NCBI GenBank assembly: GCA_910579845.1
Contig: CAJTWL010000002.1
Coordinates: 107,074-171,073 of the forward strand
Origin: an uncultured Muribaculaceae bacterium
GTDB lineage: Bacteria > Bacteroidota > Bacteroidia > Bacteroidales > Muribaculaceae
Direction of reading: 5' to 3'
Length of the DNA: 64,000 bases
The notes below the pieces were generated by a model. The model saw only the letters and a program-made list of their open reading frames with translations, was not told the DNA's origin and ran no database searches. Positions 10,179-20,788 of the stretch are shown here, piece after piece. A program made the position numbers and the translations under genes. Position 1 is the first letter of the stretch. Each line of letters opens with the position of its first letter.

Positions 10179-11750
10179 ATGAACAATAAATTCTTAATTC
10201 CCCTCTCACTCGCCTTGGGTCAGGCGGCTACAGGACAGGCGGCTCAGCCGAAAACTGCAGAGACAACCGAAAGCGGTCGCCCGAATATCCTGTGGATCAT
10301 TGCCGAAGACATGACGCTCGACCTCGGATGCTACGGATGCCCGGCAGTCAAGACTCCGAATATAGACAAACTTGCCGCAGAAGGGGTTATGTATACCAAT
10401 GCCCGCTGCTGCGCTCCGCTGAGCTCACCGACGCGGTCGGCGATGCTTACAGGACTGCACCATACAATCACATCCTCCCACAATCACCGCAGCAACCGCG
10501 ACAAAGCCCTGCCCGACTCCATAAAACCGTTTACCCATTATCTCCGCAATGCCGGATATACATGCGTGCTCGGAGACCGCGACTGTTTTGAAAATCACAA
10601 TAACACTACAAGCGACCACGAATCAAGCAGAAAAATCGACTGCAACTTCAAATATGAGCCAACGGGCGAATATGACGGAAAAACAAAGTTTGGACTTTTC
10701 GACAAACTTTATGACACAGACTCCTCCGACAAACCCTTCTTCAAACAAGTGACACTCTACGTCACACACCGTGGCGACTGGTGGAAGTCAATCCGTGAGA
10801 AATCCTTGCATCCTGTGAATCCGGCAGAGGTTAAACTTCCACCCTATATGGCAGACCACCCTAAAATCCGCGAGGAATATGCCTGCTATCTCGACCAGGT
10901 GGAATACATGGATGCTGAAGTAGGAATGCTGATGAAGAAACTTGAAGACAACGGTCAGCTTGACAACACGGTTGTAATATTCATCGCCGACAACGGACGC
11001 GCCGACATAAGAGCCAAAGGATTCCTTTATGATGAAGGTACACGCGTACCCATGATTGTCTGGGGCAAAGGTATCGGACATGCCGTGGTAGACGATCTTG
11101 TGAGCGAGCTTGACATCACCGCCTCGGTACTCAGACTGGCGGATGTGGAACAGCCATCGTACTATCAGGGGAAGCCTCTCGCCATATTCGATCCGGGAAG
11201 TAAAGGGGGACATGAATTTCTCTACACAGCCCGCGACACATGGGACGAGGTGATGGAATGCATACGGGGTATCAACGATAACAGATATGTCTACATCCGC
11301 AATTATTTTCCACAGGATCCTTACGACCAACACCACATTTACATGGATCTTTACCGTCCCGCGCTTCACATCATGCGCAGACTGAAAAAAGAGAACAAGC
11401 TGAACGAAACGCAGCTCCTTTTCCTTGCCGATTCGAAACCTGTTGAGGAACTTTACGATTATACATCGGATCCATATTGCGTCAACAATCTCGCCGCATG
11501 CCCGGAGATGCTCGGTGTGCTCAACCGCATGAGGGGATACATGGACGACTGGAACCGCAACAACTACGATGCAGGAATAGAAGACCGTCTGACACGTAAA
11601 CTCGATGACAACCGCAAAGACGAGAACCGACCGCGATATTTCGTGCAGAAATATCATCCCGATGAATGGAAGAAGCTTCTTGATGGAGAGATATGCGACA
11701 AATATGACCAGTGGAAAAAGGAACTGAAAGAAAAACAGAATAAGAAATGA
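10179..11750 (+). CDS. Sulfatase family protein, Ser-type active-site motif
   Basis: RPNILWIIAED, TPNIDKLAAEG, SSPTRSAMLTG, ADNG, KGFLYDEGTRVP, ELYD..DP motifs. Confidence 0.92.
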   Translation: MNNKFLIPLSLALGQAATGQAAQPKTAETTESGRPNILWIIAEDMTLDLGCYGCPAVKTPNIDKLAAEGVMYTNARCCAPLSSPTRSAMLTGLHHTITSSHNHRSNRDKALPDSIKPFTHYLRNAGYTCVLGDRDCFENHNNTTSDHESSRKIDCNFKYEPTGEYDGKTKFGLFDKLYDTDSSDKPFFKQVTLYVTHRGDWWKSIREKSLHPVNPAEVKLPPYMADHPKIREEYACYLDQVEYMDAEVGMLMKKLEDNGQLDNTVVIFIADNGRADIRAKGFLYDEGTRVPMIVWGKGIGHAVVDDLVSELDITASVLRLADVEQPSYYQGKPLAIFDPGSKGGHEFLYTARDTWDEVMECIRGINDNRYVYIRNYFPQDPYDQHHIYMDLYRPALHIMRRLKKENKLNETQLLFLADSKPVEELYDYTSDPYCVNNLAACPEMLGVLNRMRGYMDDWNRNNYDAGIEDRLTRKLDDNRKDENRPRYFVQKYHPDEWKKLLDGEICDKYDQWKKELKEKQNKK

Positions 11751-12574
11751 AACGTTTTTTCATAATCATGGCATTTGTCGCGGCACACGTCAACGTTGTC
11801 TCAGCATGGGGAATATTGGGGCATACCACTGTGGCCAAGATAGCCGAGAACAATCTTACTCCCAAAGCAAGACAGGAGCTTGCCCGATATTTCGGAAAGC
11901 AGTCGATAGTGTTCTACGCAACCTATCCTGACTATTACCGATCGAAATGGCTGTATGATTTCGGCTTTGACCCTGTCGGAGATGTAGGAAAGCGTGTGAA
12001 TGTGTATCCGCACACTTTCGAAGTCGACAAGGATTTTAAAGCTTTCAGAGGATTCAACGACAATGGGCGCTATGTGAAGAATTGCGTCCATTTCATCAAA
12101 CAGTTCTCCGATGAACTGCACGACCGGAAATGCCTCAGCGATTCCATCGTGAAATGGAAGGTTATCATGATTGTGCATCTTGTAGGCGACATGCACTGTC
12201 CGGAACATATCCAATATAACCCGGAAGACATGTCTATCGGCAAATATAATGTCAGGTTCGACAGTCGCAACATCAAATACCACACACTCTGGGACGAGGA
12301 GATTCTGACACGCCGCAATCCGTTCGGATACAGCGACACAGCCCTCCTGCTCGACACCTGGAGCGATAAGAAGATAGCCGAAACAGCAAAGGGAGATCCG
12401 TACGACTGGGCAGAGGAGTCGGCACGGTTGTCATACCCCGTGCATGCCTATAAAGCAGGGGTAGAACTCAAACACGTGAAATATCTCAATGAATTTACCC
12501 CTCTCGCCGAAGACCAGATACGCAGAGCTGGTTACCGCCTTGCCGCCCTCCTTAACGACATATTCGGGAAATAA
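11747..12574 (+). CDS. S1/P1 nuclease family protein, secreted
   Basis: Signal peptide then mature N-terminal WGILGH; HLVGDMHCPEH; YHTLWD; AGYRLAALLN. Confidence 0.9.
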   Translation: MKRFFIIMAFVAAHVNVVSAWGILGHTTVAKIAENNLTPKARQELARYFGKQSIVFYATYPDYYRSKWLYDFGFDPVGDVGKRVNVYPHTFEVDKDFKAFRGFNDNGRYVKNCVHFIKQFSDELHDRKCLSDSIVKWKVIMIVHLVGDMHCPEHIQYNPEDMSIGKYNVRFDSRNIKYHTLWDEEILTRRNPFGYSDTALLLDTWSDKKIAETAKGDPYDWAEESARLSYPVHAYKAGVELKHVKYLNEFTPLAEDQIRRAGYRLAALLNDIFGK

Positions 12575-12609
12575 CAGCATCGTCCCGACATACGGGAGAT
12601 GGGTATCAT

Positions 12610-12662
12610 ATTTTAGAGAGGGTGTTGCAGAACTTTAGATTCTGCAACACCCTCTCTAAAAT
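12610..12662. repeat. Perfect 23-bp inverted repeat with 7-nt loop
   Basis: ATTTTAGAGAGGGTGTTGCAGAA-ctttaga-TTCTGCAACACCCTCTCTAAAAT. Confidence 0.85.
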
Positions 12663-12741
12663 TGTAATAAGGATTAGAGTTTTGGAATTATTAATAATTG
12701 TTATTGACCGGAATGAAATTGTAAAAATGAAAAATAATCCG

Positions 12742-12749
12742 TAATTTTG
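12742..12749 (+). promoter_or_regulatory. -7 promoter box (TAATTTTG) for glyQS operon
   Basis: TAnnTTTG match upstream of glyQS. Confidence 0.55.
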
Positions 12750-12867
12750 CATATTGCAAGCAGATGCAGCAATGATCTCATCAGACTTTCTACTTGATGT
12801 GAAAATGAGTTCAATAGATATTTTGACTGCAAGTGCAAATTTTAACCCATTCCAAATTAACTGAAAA

Positions 12868-14412
12868 ATGGCAAAACAGGAGGATGTCTTCAAAACGATA
12901 ATAGCGCATGCCAAAGAGTATGGCTTTGTTTTCCAATCAAGTGAAATTTATGACGGTCTTTCCGCTGTATACGACTACGGTCAGAACGGTGTGGAACTAA
13001 AAAACAATATCAAGCGCTATTGGTGGGAGGCGATGACAATGCTCCACGACAACATCGTAGGCATAGACTCGGCAATCTTCATGCACCCCACAATCTGGAA
13101 AGCATCCGGACACGTCGACGCATTTAATGACCCGCTGATAGACAACCGCGACTCCAAGAAACGTTATCGTGCAGATGTCCTTATCGAGGACGAGATAGCA
13201 AAATTCGACGATAAGATCAACAAAGAGGTTGCCAAGGCGGCAAAACGCTTCGGCGAGAGCTTCGACGAGGCAATGTTCCGTCAGACCAATCCCCGCGTTC
13301 TTGAAAATGCAAAAAAACGTGAAGAGCTTCACACCCGTTTCTCGGAAGCGATGAATGCCAATGATCTCGCGGAGCTCAAACAGATTATTCTGGATTATGA
13401 AATTGTCGATCCTATCAGCGGCACACGCAACTGGACTGACGTCCGCCAGTTCAACCTTATGTTCAAGACAGAGATGGGCTCTACCGCCGATGGAGCGATG
13501 GACGTATATTTACGTCCTGAAACAGCACAAGGCATTTTCGTAAACTATCTCAACGTACAGAAAACCGGTCGTATGCGTCTCCCCTTTGGTATCGCACAGA
13601 TAGGAAAGGCTTTCCGTAACGAGATCGTGGCCCGTCAGTTCATCTTCCGTATGCGCGAGTTCGAACAGATGGAGATGCAGTTCTTCGTTCGCCCCGGAGA
13701 GGAGCTCAAATGGTTTGACTTCTGGCGCCAGACACGCCTCAAATGGCACAAGAATCTTGGTCTCGGAGATACGAAGTACAGATTCCACGATCATGAGAAA
13801 CTGGCTCATTACGCAAACGCCGCCACCGATATCGAATTTGAGATGCCTTTCGGGTTCAAGGAGGTCGAAGGTATTCACTCTCGTACAAACTTCGACCTGT
13901 CGCAACATGAGAAATATTCAGGCAAAAAAATACAGTATTTCGATCCGGAACTCAACGAAAGCTATGTTCCGTACGTTATTGAGACATCAATCGGCGTTGA
14001 CCGCATGTTCCTGAGCGTGTTCTGCAGTTGCTATGAGGATCAGAACCTCGGCAACGGCGACAAGCGTGCAGTACTGCACTTCCCGGCTCCGATAGCTCCG
14101 GTGAAATGTGCCGTTCTCCCGCTTGTTAAGAAAGACGGACTTCCTGAGAAAGCCCGTGAAATCCAGCATCGTCTGCGCTTCGACTTCACATGCCAGTATG
14201 ACGAGAAAGACTCTATCGGAAAACGTTACCGCCGTCAGGATGCAATCGGTACCCCTTACTGTATTACAGTTGACCACCAGACTCTTGAGGACGGTACCGT
14301 GACACTCCGCGAGCGCGACTCAATGGAACAGAATCGTCTCTCGGTTGATGAGCTTGAAGCTATCCTGAAAGAGAAAGTAAGTCTTAATACATTGTTACGC
14401 AAATTATTATAA
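12868..14412 (+). CDS. glyQS: Glycine--tRNA ligase (alpha2 type)
   Basis: SEIYDGL..YDYG, LRPETAQGIF, GKAFRNEI, REFEQME, SIGKRYRRQDAIGTP motifs. Confidence 0.97.
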   Translation: MAKQEDVFKTIIAHAKEYGFVFQSSEIYDGLSAVYDYGQNGVELKNNIKRYWWEAMTMLHDNIVGIDSAIFMHPTIWKASGHVDAFNDPLIDNRDSKKRYRADVLIEDEIAKFDDKINKEVAKAAKRFGESFDEAMFRQTNPRVLENAKKREELHTRFSEAMNANDLAELKQIILDYEIVDPISGTRNWTDVRQFNLMFKTEMGSTADGAMDVYLRPETAQGIFVNYLNVQKTGRMRLPFGIAQIGKAFRNEIVARQFIFRMREFEQMEMQFFVRPGEELKWFDFWRQTRLKWHKNLGLGDTKYRFHDHEKLAHYANAATDIEFEMPFGFKEVEGIHSRTNFDLSQHEKYSGKKIQYFDPELNESYVPYVIETSIGVDRMFLSVFCSCYEDQNLGNGDKRAVLHFPAPIAPVKCAVLPLVKKDGLPEKAREIQHRLRFDFTCQYDEKDSIGKRYRRQDAIGTPYCITVDHQTLEDGTVTLRERDSMEQNRLSVDELEAILKEKVSLNTLLRKLL

Positions 14413-14999
14413 TGAAAAGATTTAAAAAATTCATATTCACAGTCATTGCAGTCCTCGCTCTTACATCTTTGAGCTCATGCAATTATAACAGCCTCGTAGA
14501 GAAACAGCAACAGGTCGATCAGAGCTGGGCGCAGGTTGAAAACCAATATCAACGACGTGCAGATCTGATCCCCAATCTGGTAAATACAGTAAAGGGATAT
14601 TCTTCACATGAAGAGGAGACTCTTGTAAAAGTTACAGAAGCTCGCGCAAAAGCAACCTCTATAACTCTGCAGGCTGACGATCTGACAGAGGAGAATCTGG
14701 CACGATATCAGCAGGCACAGAACGAACTCTCCTCGGCTCTGAAATCATTGTTGGCAGTGAGCGAGGCATATCCGGATCTGAAAGCCAATGAGAGCTTCAT
14801 GAATCTGCAGACACAGCTGGAGGGCACGGAAAACCGTATCGCGACAGAACGCAAACGCTACACAGAAAGCGTTCAGACATATAACACGGCTATCAAGAAG
14901 TTCCCTACTGTAATATACGCAGGTTGGTTCGGCTTCAAAGAGAAACCCCAATTCAAAGCCGAAGCAGGAGCCGAGAAAGCGCCTGAAGTAAAATTCTAA
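14412..14999 (+). CDS. lemA: LemA family protein
   Basis: QYQRRADLIPNLVNTVKGY, EAYPDLKAN, QLEGTENRI motifs. Confidence 0.95.
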   Translation: MKRFKKFIFTVIAVLALTSLSSCNYNSLVEKQQQVDQSWAQVENQYQRRADLIPNLVNTVKGYSSHEEETLVKVTEARAKATSITLQADDLTEENLARYQQAQNELSSALKSLLAVSEAYPDLKANESFMNLQTQLEGTENRIATERKRYTESVQTYNTAIKKFPTVIYAGWFGFKEKPQFKAEAGAEKAPEVKF

Positions 15000-15014
15000 C
15001 AAGACGATAAAGAT

Positions 15015-15563
15015 ATGAAAAAATTTATATATCTCCTGCCTGTTTTTGCAATGCTGTTTACGTCTTGTCTCGATGATGACAATGATGATTCTACATTTGA
15101 TTATTCAACATGGAGAAAACTCAACGACGAGTATGTCACAAAAATGGAGAATCTTACCGACGATAACGGCGAGAAAGTATACACAAAGGTTACACAGGAT
15201 TGGGCACCTAAAGACTTCGTGCTGATCAAATGGCACAACGACCGTACTCTTACAGAGAAGAATCTTGTTCCTCTGAGCAATTCCACAGTAAACATAAAAT
15301 ATGAGATGGAGGATGTGGAAGGCAAGGAGCTTGATAATTCATACAGTCTTACAGTCAATGGAGACAGCATATATCAAAGCCAGCCGAATCAGAATATTCT
15401 TGGAATGTGGATTGCAATGACGACACTTCACGAAGGAGACTCTGTGACTCTTGTAATACCATCAGAGTCCGGATACGGTCTATTGGAGAGAGATCCGGTA
15501 AAACCGTTCTCGACCCTTATTTACCACATGAAGCTCACCAAGGTTGTAAAATATGACAAGTAA
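15015..15563 (+). CDS. FKBP-type peptidyl-prolyl isomerase-like lipoprotein
   Basis: Lipobox FTSC; C-terminal ILGMWIAM..LHEGD..LVIP...GYG...PFSTLIY FKBP pattern. Confidence 0.8.
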   Translation: MKKFIYLLPVFAMLFTSCLDDDNDDSTFDYSTWRKLNDEYVTKMENLTDDNGEKVYTKVTQDWAPKDFVLIKWHNDRTLTEKNLVPLSNSTVNIKYEMEDVEGKELDNSYSLTVNGDSIYQSQPNQNILGMWIAMTTLHEGDSVTLVIPSESGYGLLERDPVKPFSTLIYHMKLTKVVKYDK

Positions 15564-15593
15564 GAAACTGTTAAAGAGCCTGTACATACTCAT

Positions 15594-18131
15594 ATGAAAA
15601 ACATATCGCATTTTGGAGCCATCCTTCCTATTGCAGCCTTGATGCTGAGCGGCGGGGTGGCTTCCGCTTTCACTCTACGTCACTTCAAGGCGTCAAAACC
15701 TGTCGAAGTCAATATCCCGGCAGTTCCCGATTCCCTCAAAAACGAAAACGCTTTTTCCAAGGAGCATCTTCTGGAATCGGCTCTCCCTGCTTCTCTGCAA
15801 TACCAGAGACAGAACTGGACCACTATGACAGCGGATTCCGGAGGTAGACTCAAGCTGCTTCCCGCAGCTTCCAGACCACGTTTGCAGTCGTTCAAGACAA
15901 ATCTGCGTTCTCCACGCTTCTCAAAGGGTTCACTTGTACTTCACACCAAAGGGATGGGGAATCTGATCGTCGACGGTATATCGGTTGCCAAGAAAGCGAC
16001 TGTCGACACAATAGCCGGCGAGGCGTCAGCCCCGCTATCTCTCAATCCTGAACAGGATTATGATATCCAGATCAATATAGTGACTATGCCTGACGAGCCG
16101 GGTGTTCCGGAATTTAATGTTGAATATATACCGGATGCGGAATTCGGGGATATCTTGCCGGCGGAGGATATGTACAGTACGCGTCGCTTCTCTGTAAAGC
16201 AGACAATGACCGGAGAACGCGTATACAAGTCACAGCTCTCGCCGGACGGCAAATATATTCTTCTGAAATATTCCAGACGTTTCAATCAGACAGAATGGAC
16301 AAACAGAGCTTCGATTGTAGAGACCAACACGGGTAAAGTCATTTCCGAGAATATAGACAACTCCTCGGAATGGATGCCGGAAGGCGCCACATTATACCAC
16401 ACCGTGAAACAGCCTGACGGGTATATTCTCGTTGCGACTTACCTGCCATCGTTAAGGTCGGAAACCATTGCAAGGAATCTGCCCGATGGAAATTTCACAA
16501 TGCTTCCGGACGGCAATACACTGATATATTATAAAGAGATCGAGGGTAAGAAGGATTCAGGAGATATGCGCCGCATCCTTGGTCCGGATGACCGCATACC
16601 CGGAAACCGGAACCGCTCATATCTGATGAAATATGAAATATCGTCACACATATCCACACCTCTGACCTATGGAGGAGCCACGACCTCCCTTCTCGATATT
16701 GACAGGACAGGAAGAAAAATCCTCTATATGAGTTCAGAGAACCGACCGGAGGAATATCCCTTCTACTTCAACAATCTCATTGAGCTTGATCTGAACACAC
16801 TGCATACAGACACAATCATAGCCAACGATCCATATATCAACAGTGCGGTCTACTCTCCTGATGCACACGAACTGTTTATAACAGGAAGTCCGTCGGCTTT
16901 TGAAGGAATCGGCAGGAACTGCGGAGACCATGAGATTGCAAATGATTTCGACACACAGGGATTTATCTACAATATCGACAATCGTGAGGTACGAGCCATT
17001 ACCAAGGAGTTCAATCCGGCATTACAAGGAGGCGCGATATGGAATCCCGCTGACAATACAATCTATTTCCGCGGTGAGGACGGTTTCTATACAAACCTGT
17101 ATTCACTCAATCCCAAAAGCGGTTTTATCAAACGCCTGAATCCGGAAAACGAAACTGTCACAAGTTTCTCTGTGGGTGACGCTCAGAGCCGGTGGCTGAC
17201 CTACTGCGGAGGTGGATTCACTAACACAGGTTCAGCCTACCTGATCTCCTTGAAAACCAACAAAGTCACCTGTCTCGCCGATCCGATGAAGGAGGAACTT
17301 GCGGGTGTCAGATTCGGTAAGATGATACATTGGTCATTCACATCGTCGGACGGCAGTGTCATAGACGGTTATGAATGCCGTCCCCCGGACTTCGATCCTA
17401 AAAAGAAATATCCTCTGATAGTCTATTACTACGGAGGCACCTCTCCCTCTACTGCAGCTATCACTAATCCATATTCACCGCAGGTGTTCGCTTCACGCGA
17501 TTATGTTGTATACGTTATAAACCCGAGCGGGACAACAGGTTACGGGCAGGAATTCTCCGCACGTCACGTAAACACCTGGGGGAAACGCACAGCCGAAGAT
17601 ATAATAGAGGGTGTAAAGGAATTCTGCAGACAGCGTAAATATGTCGATGACAAGAAGATCGGTTGCCTTGGCGCCTCATATGGCGGATTCATGACCGAAT
17701 ACCTACAGACTTTGACCGATATCTTCGCAGCTGCTGTCTCCCATGCCGGCATCTCCAATGTAACAAGCTATTGGGGCGAAGGTTCCTGGGGTTATTCCTA
17801 CAATGCGATTGCCGCTGCCAAAAGTTATCCGTGGACAAATCCTGACCTGTATACAAAACAGGGGTCTCTCTTCAACGTAGACAAGATACACACACCGTTA
17901 TTGCTTCTGCACGGCACTGCCGACACAAATGTGCCGATCGGAGAGAGCATACAGCTATTCAATGCTCTGAAATTATTGAACAGGGAAGTCGAATTCATAA
18001 CTGTTCAGGACGAAAACCACGTAATCACTAATTTCGATAAGAAGATTCTTTGGCAGAACACGATAATGGCATGGTTCGCCAAATATCTTCAGGATGATCC
18101 GCGCTGGTGGGATGAATTATACGGAAAATAA
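15594..18131 (+). CDS. S9 family (prolyl oligopeptidase-like) peptidase
   Basis: KKYPLIVYYYGG, GASYGG nucleophile, LLLHGTADTNV, ENH catalytic His. Confidence 0.93.
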   Translation: MKNISHFGAILPIAALMLSGGVASAFTLRHFKASKPVEVNIPAVPDSLKNENAFSKEHLLESALPASLQYQRQNWTTMTADSGGRLKLLPAASRPRLQSFKTNLRSPRFSKGSLVLHTKGMGNLIVDGISVAKKATVDTIAGEASAPLSLNPEQDYDIQINIVTMPDEPGVPEFNVEYIPDAEFGDILPAEDMYSTRRFSVKQTMTGERVYKSQLSPDGKYILLKYSRRFNQTEWTNRASIVETNTGKVISENIDNSSEWMPEGATLYHTVKQPDGYILVATYLPSLRSETIARNLPDGNFTMLPDGNTLIYYKEIEGKKDSGDMRRILGPDDRIPGNRNRSYLMKYEISSHISTPLTYGGATTSLLDIDRTGRKILYMSSENRPEEYPFYFNNLIELDLNTLHTDTIIANDPYINSAVYSPDAHELFITGSPSAFEGIGRNCGDHEIANDFDTQGFIYNIDNREVRAITKEFNPALQGGAIWNPADNTIYFRGEDGFYTNLYSLNPKSGFIKRLNPENETVTSFSVGDAQSRWLTYCGGGFTNTGSAYLISLKTNKVTCLADPMKEELAGVRFGKMIHWSFTSSDGSVIDGYECRPPDFDPKKKYPLIVYYYGGTSPSTAAITNPYSPQVFASRDYVVYVINPSGTTGYGQEFSARHVNTWGKRTAEDIIEGVKEFCRQRKYVDDKKIGCLGASYGGFMTEYLQTLTDIFAAAVSHAGISNVTSYWGEGSWGYSYNAIAAAKSYPWTNPDLYTKQGSLFNVDKIHTPLLLLHGTADTNVPIGESIQLFNALKLLNREVEFITVQDENHVITNFDKKILWQNTIMAWFAKYLQDDPRWWDELYGK

Positions 18132-18135
18132 TAAA

Positions 18136-18453
18136 ATGAAAAACAATAATATAAAATATCTGCCTCTCGTTTTCGCCGCTCTGTTGGCGGCATCCTGCTC
18201 GCATACCGACAAAGGAGAGGAATCAGCCGCTGAAATCGAGGCAGCGATGATGGAGGGACGCGAAGCGGCAAAAATATTTGTAAACCGACCGTGGCGCGAC
18301 ACGGTCGAACTGCAGAGCCGTCTTCTCGAAGCCAGATCTCACAGGGCAAAATATGATACACTTGGTCTTAAAAGATGTGCCGAGGCATACGACTCAGGTT
18401 TTGTCTCGACTATCCGTACTGTCAATCCCGATGTGGCAAATCAGATTAAATGA
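18136..18453 (+). CDS. Hypothetical lipoprotein
   Basis: MKNNNIKYLPLVFAALLAASC lipobox; start moved to ATG 18136, just after the S9 stop. Confidence 0.7.
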   Translation: MKNNNIKYLPLVFAALLAASCSHTDKGEESAAEIEAAMMEGREAAKIFVNRPWRDTVELQSRLLEARSHRAKYDTLGLKRCAEAYDSGFVSTIRTVNPDVANQIK

Positions 18454-18462
18454 TTTTCATCC

Positions 18463-19239
18463 ATGACTATAAAACCGGAAATAGCCCGGCTTCTGCAGAC
18501 TGAAGCCGAAAGAATAAATAACCCTGCATTCATAACCGAGGATCCTGTTCAGTTTCCCCGCAGGTTTTCAAAACTTCAAGATATTGAAATAGTCGCTTTT
18601 CTATCCGCCATCATTGCCTGGGGTAGACGGACCATGATATGCCGCGATGCGGAAAGGATGCTCAACCTTATGGATAATGATCCTTATAATTACGTAATGG
18701 ACGAAGGATATCTTGACCTTGACCCCGGTCTGAACCTACACCGCACGTTTTTCGCATCCCACTTTCAATATTTTCTAAAAGGATTGCGTGAAATCTACAG
18801 ACAGCATGCCAGCCTTGACGCATTTGCAAAAAGCAGAATGGTCGGTGGCGATGAAGCACCCGCCTGGAAGCTTGTAGAGGAAATGGAGAATGTGATGCGT
18901 ACGGTCAACGACGGAAAGGACTGTTCCCAATGTCTTCCGGTAAATCTCAAATCCACGGCACTCAAACGTATCAACATGGCTTTACGATGGCTTGTGCGTG
19001 ACGACGGGATTGTGGATATGGGTGTATGGAAGTCAATTCCCAAAAGCAAACTGTATATTCCGCTTGATGTGCATGTCGGCAACACGGCACGCAGTCTCGG
19101 ACTGCTTACACGCAAAGCCAATGACCGCAAAAGCGTGGAACTAATTACAGAAAGCCTTCGCACACTTCGTCCTGATGATCCTGCGGTTTTTGATTATGCA
19201 TTATTCGGAATAGGAATCGAAGAAGCCAAAAACAAGTAG
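18463..19239 (+). CDS. TIGR02757/DUF2400 family protein
   Basis: FITEDPVQFP, IAWGRR, KRINMALRWLVR, IPLDVHV, DPAVFDYALFG motifs. Confidence 0.88.
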   Translation: MTIKPEIARLLQTEAERINNPAFITEDPVQFPRRFSKLQDIEIVAFLSAIIAWGRRTMICRDAERMLNLMDNDPYNYVMDEGYLDLDPGLNLHRTFFASHFQYFLKGLREIYRQHASLDAFAKSRMVGGDEAPAWKLVEEMENVMRTVNDGKDCSQCLPVNLKSTALKRINMALRWLVRDDGIVDMGVWKSIPKSKLYIPLDVHVGNTARSLGLLTRKANDRKSVELITESLRTLRPDDPAVFDYALFGIGIEEAKNK

Positions 19240-19263
19240 CTGCAAATTTTCCACAACAACATA

Positions 19264-20760
19264 ATGAACAACATATTTAAATTTATAGCAGGCGTTTTGA
19301 TACTGTTCTGTGGATTGAGTTCATTTGCCACAGAAAATCCCAAACGCGAATTCCGAGGGGCTTGGCTCCATGTCATAGGTCAGACACAATGGCAGTCGAA
19401 GTCTACCGAACAGGCTAAACAGTATATACGCGAACAACTCGACAAACTGCATGACGCAGGATGCAATGCCGTTATCTTCCAGGTACGCCCTACTGCCGAC
19501 GCACTATACAAATCGGAACTGGAACCATGGAGCGCATGGCTCACCGGCAAGCGCGGAAAGGCTCCGGAACCGCTTTGGGATCCTCTGGAGTACTGTCTTG
19601 AAGAAACACATAAACGTGGAATGGAATTTCATGCATGGCTTAATCCTTACCGCGTAACTTCCAATGAGAAAGATACCCTTCCGGCAAATCACATGGCATT
19701 TAAAAAACCGCACCTCTTCTTCCGCTACCGCGGTCAAGTGCTTTTTGATCCGGCATGGCAGGAGAACCGCGATTTCATATGTGAGGTTGTCAGGGATATA
19801 ACCAGACGATATGATGTGGATGCCATTCACATCGATGACTATTTCTATCCATATCCAAAAAAGGGATTGGATATTCCCGATCAGGCAAGCTACGCGAAAT
19901 TCGGTGACGGCATGCCGAAAAATGACTGGCGCCGCAAAAACGTGGATCTCCTGATAGAACAACTGCATAAAACAATAAAATCGGAGAAGCCGTGGGTAAG
20001 ATTCGGTGTCAGCCCATTTGGCATCTGGCGTAACAAACAGTCGGATCCACGCGGTTCAGAAAGTTCGGGACTGCAGAATTATGACGACCTATACGCCGAT
20101 GTCATCCTTTGGGCAAACAAAGGATGGATCGACTACCTTGCACCGCAGCTTTACTGGAACCTTGACACCAAGGCGGCACCAAGCCGTAAACTCGTAAAAT
20201 GGTGGAACGACAACGCTTCAGCAGTTGACATCTATGTCGGACAGGATGTAAACAGAACAATGACAACTGCCGATCCGGGAAATAATGACAAAAATGAACT
20301 CGACACGAAAATGAATCTATCCAGAGAACTGCCAAACATAAAGGGAAATATCTGGTGGAGCGGGTATTGGGTCACTCAGAATCTTAAAGGAGTGGCAGAT
20401 TCGCTTGCCTTGAAATATCAATCGACCATAGCACTGCCTCCAGCCTATGGAGACAAAAACGTCAAGCCGAAACCGGTAAAACAGATAAGCATCGAGAAGC
20501 GAAACGGGAAGGAATTCCTTGAATGGACTCCGGAAAATCACGGAGCCACACCGCATGAGAACGATCCGTTCCGGTTCGTGATATACAAATTCTATCCGGC
20601 GGAAACACAAGACACTTCAGACCCGGCTACAATCATAGACCTTACTCCTAAACACAGCATTGAGATAGATTCGAAAGAGAAGGCTGTGACATATGCAGTC
20701 ACCACTCTCGACCGTATGAACCGAGAGTCGGAACCTATATTCCTATATAAAAAGGACTGA
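19264..20760 (+). CDS. Glycosyl hydrolase-like family 10 (YddW/DUF187) protein
   Basis: REFRGAW, FQVRP.ADALY, HAWLNPYR, HIDDYFYPYP, GVSPFGIW, PQLYW motifs. Confidence 0.9.
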   Translation: MNNIFKFIAGVLILFCGLSSFATENPKREFRGAWLHVIGQTQWQSKSTEQAKQYIREQLDKLHDAGCNAVIFQVRPTADALYKSELEPWSAWLTGKRGKAPEPLWDPLEYCLEETHKRGMEFHAWLNPYRVTSNEKDTLPANHMAFKKPHLFFRYRGQVLFDPAWQENRDFICEVVRDITRRYDVDAIHIDDYFYPYPKKGLDIPDQASYAKFGDGMPKNDWRRKNVDLLIEQLHKTIKSEKPWVRFGVSPFGIWRNKQSDPRGSESSGLQNYDDLYADVILWANKGWIDYLAPQLYWNLDTKAAPSRKLVKWWNDNASAVDIYVGQDVNRTMTTADPGNNDKNELDTKMNLSRELPNIKGNIWWSGYWVTQNLKGVADSLALKYQSTIALPPAYGDKNVKPKPVKQISIEKRNGKEFLEWTPENHGATPHENDPFRFVIYKFYPAETQDTSDPATIIDLTPKHSIEIDSKEKAVTYAVTTLDRMNRESEPIFLYKKD

Positions 20761-20788
20761 GCAGGAAGTTGCTTAAGAATATACAGAA

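Noticed and set aside
10788..11657. Long antisense ORFs (289 aa here; also 25507-26223 and 51863-52717)
   Set aside because: Shadow frames of well-supported genes, with no recognisable motifs.
15561..15590. TAAGAAACTGTTAAAGAGCCTGT after the FKBP stop, similar to an element left end
   Set aside because: Only about 12 bp of similarity, with no partner end or core.
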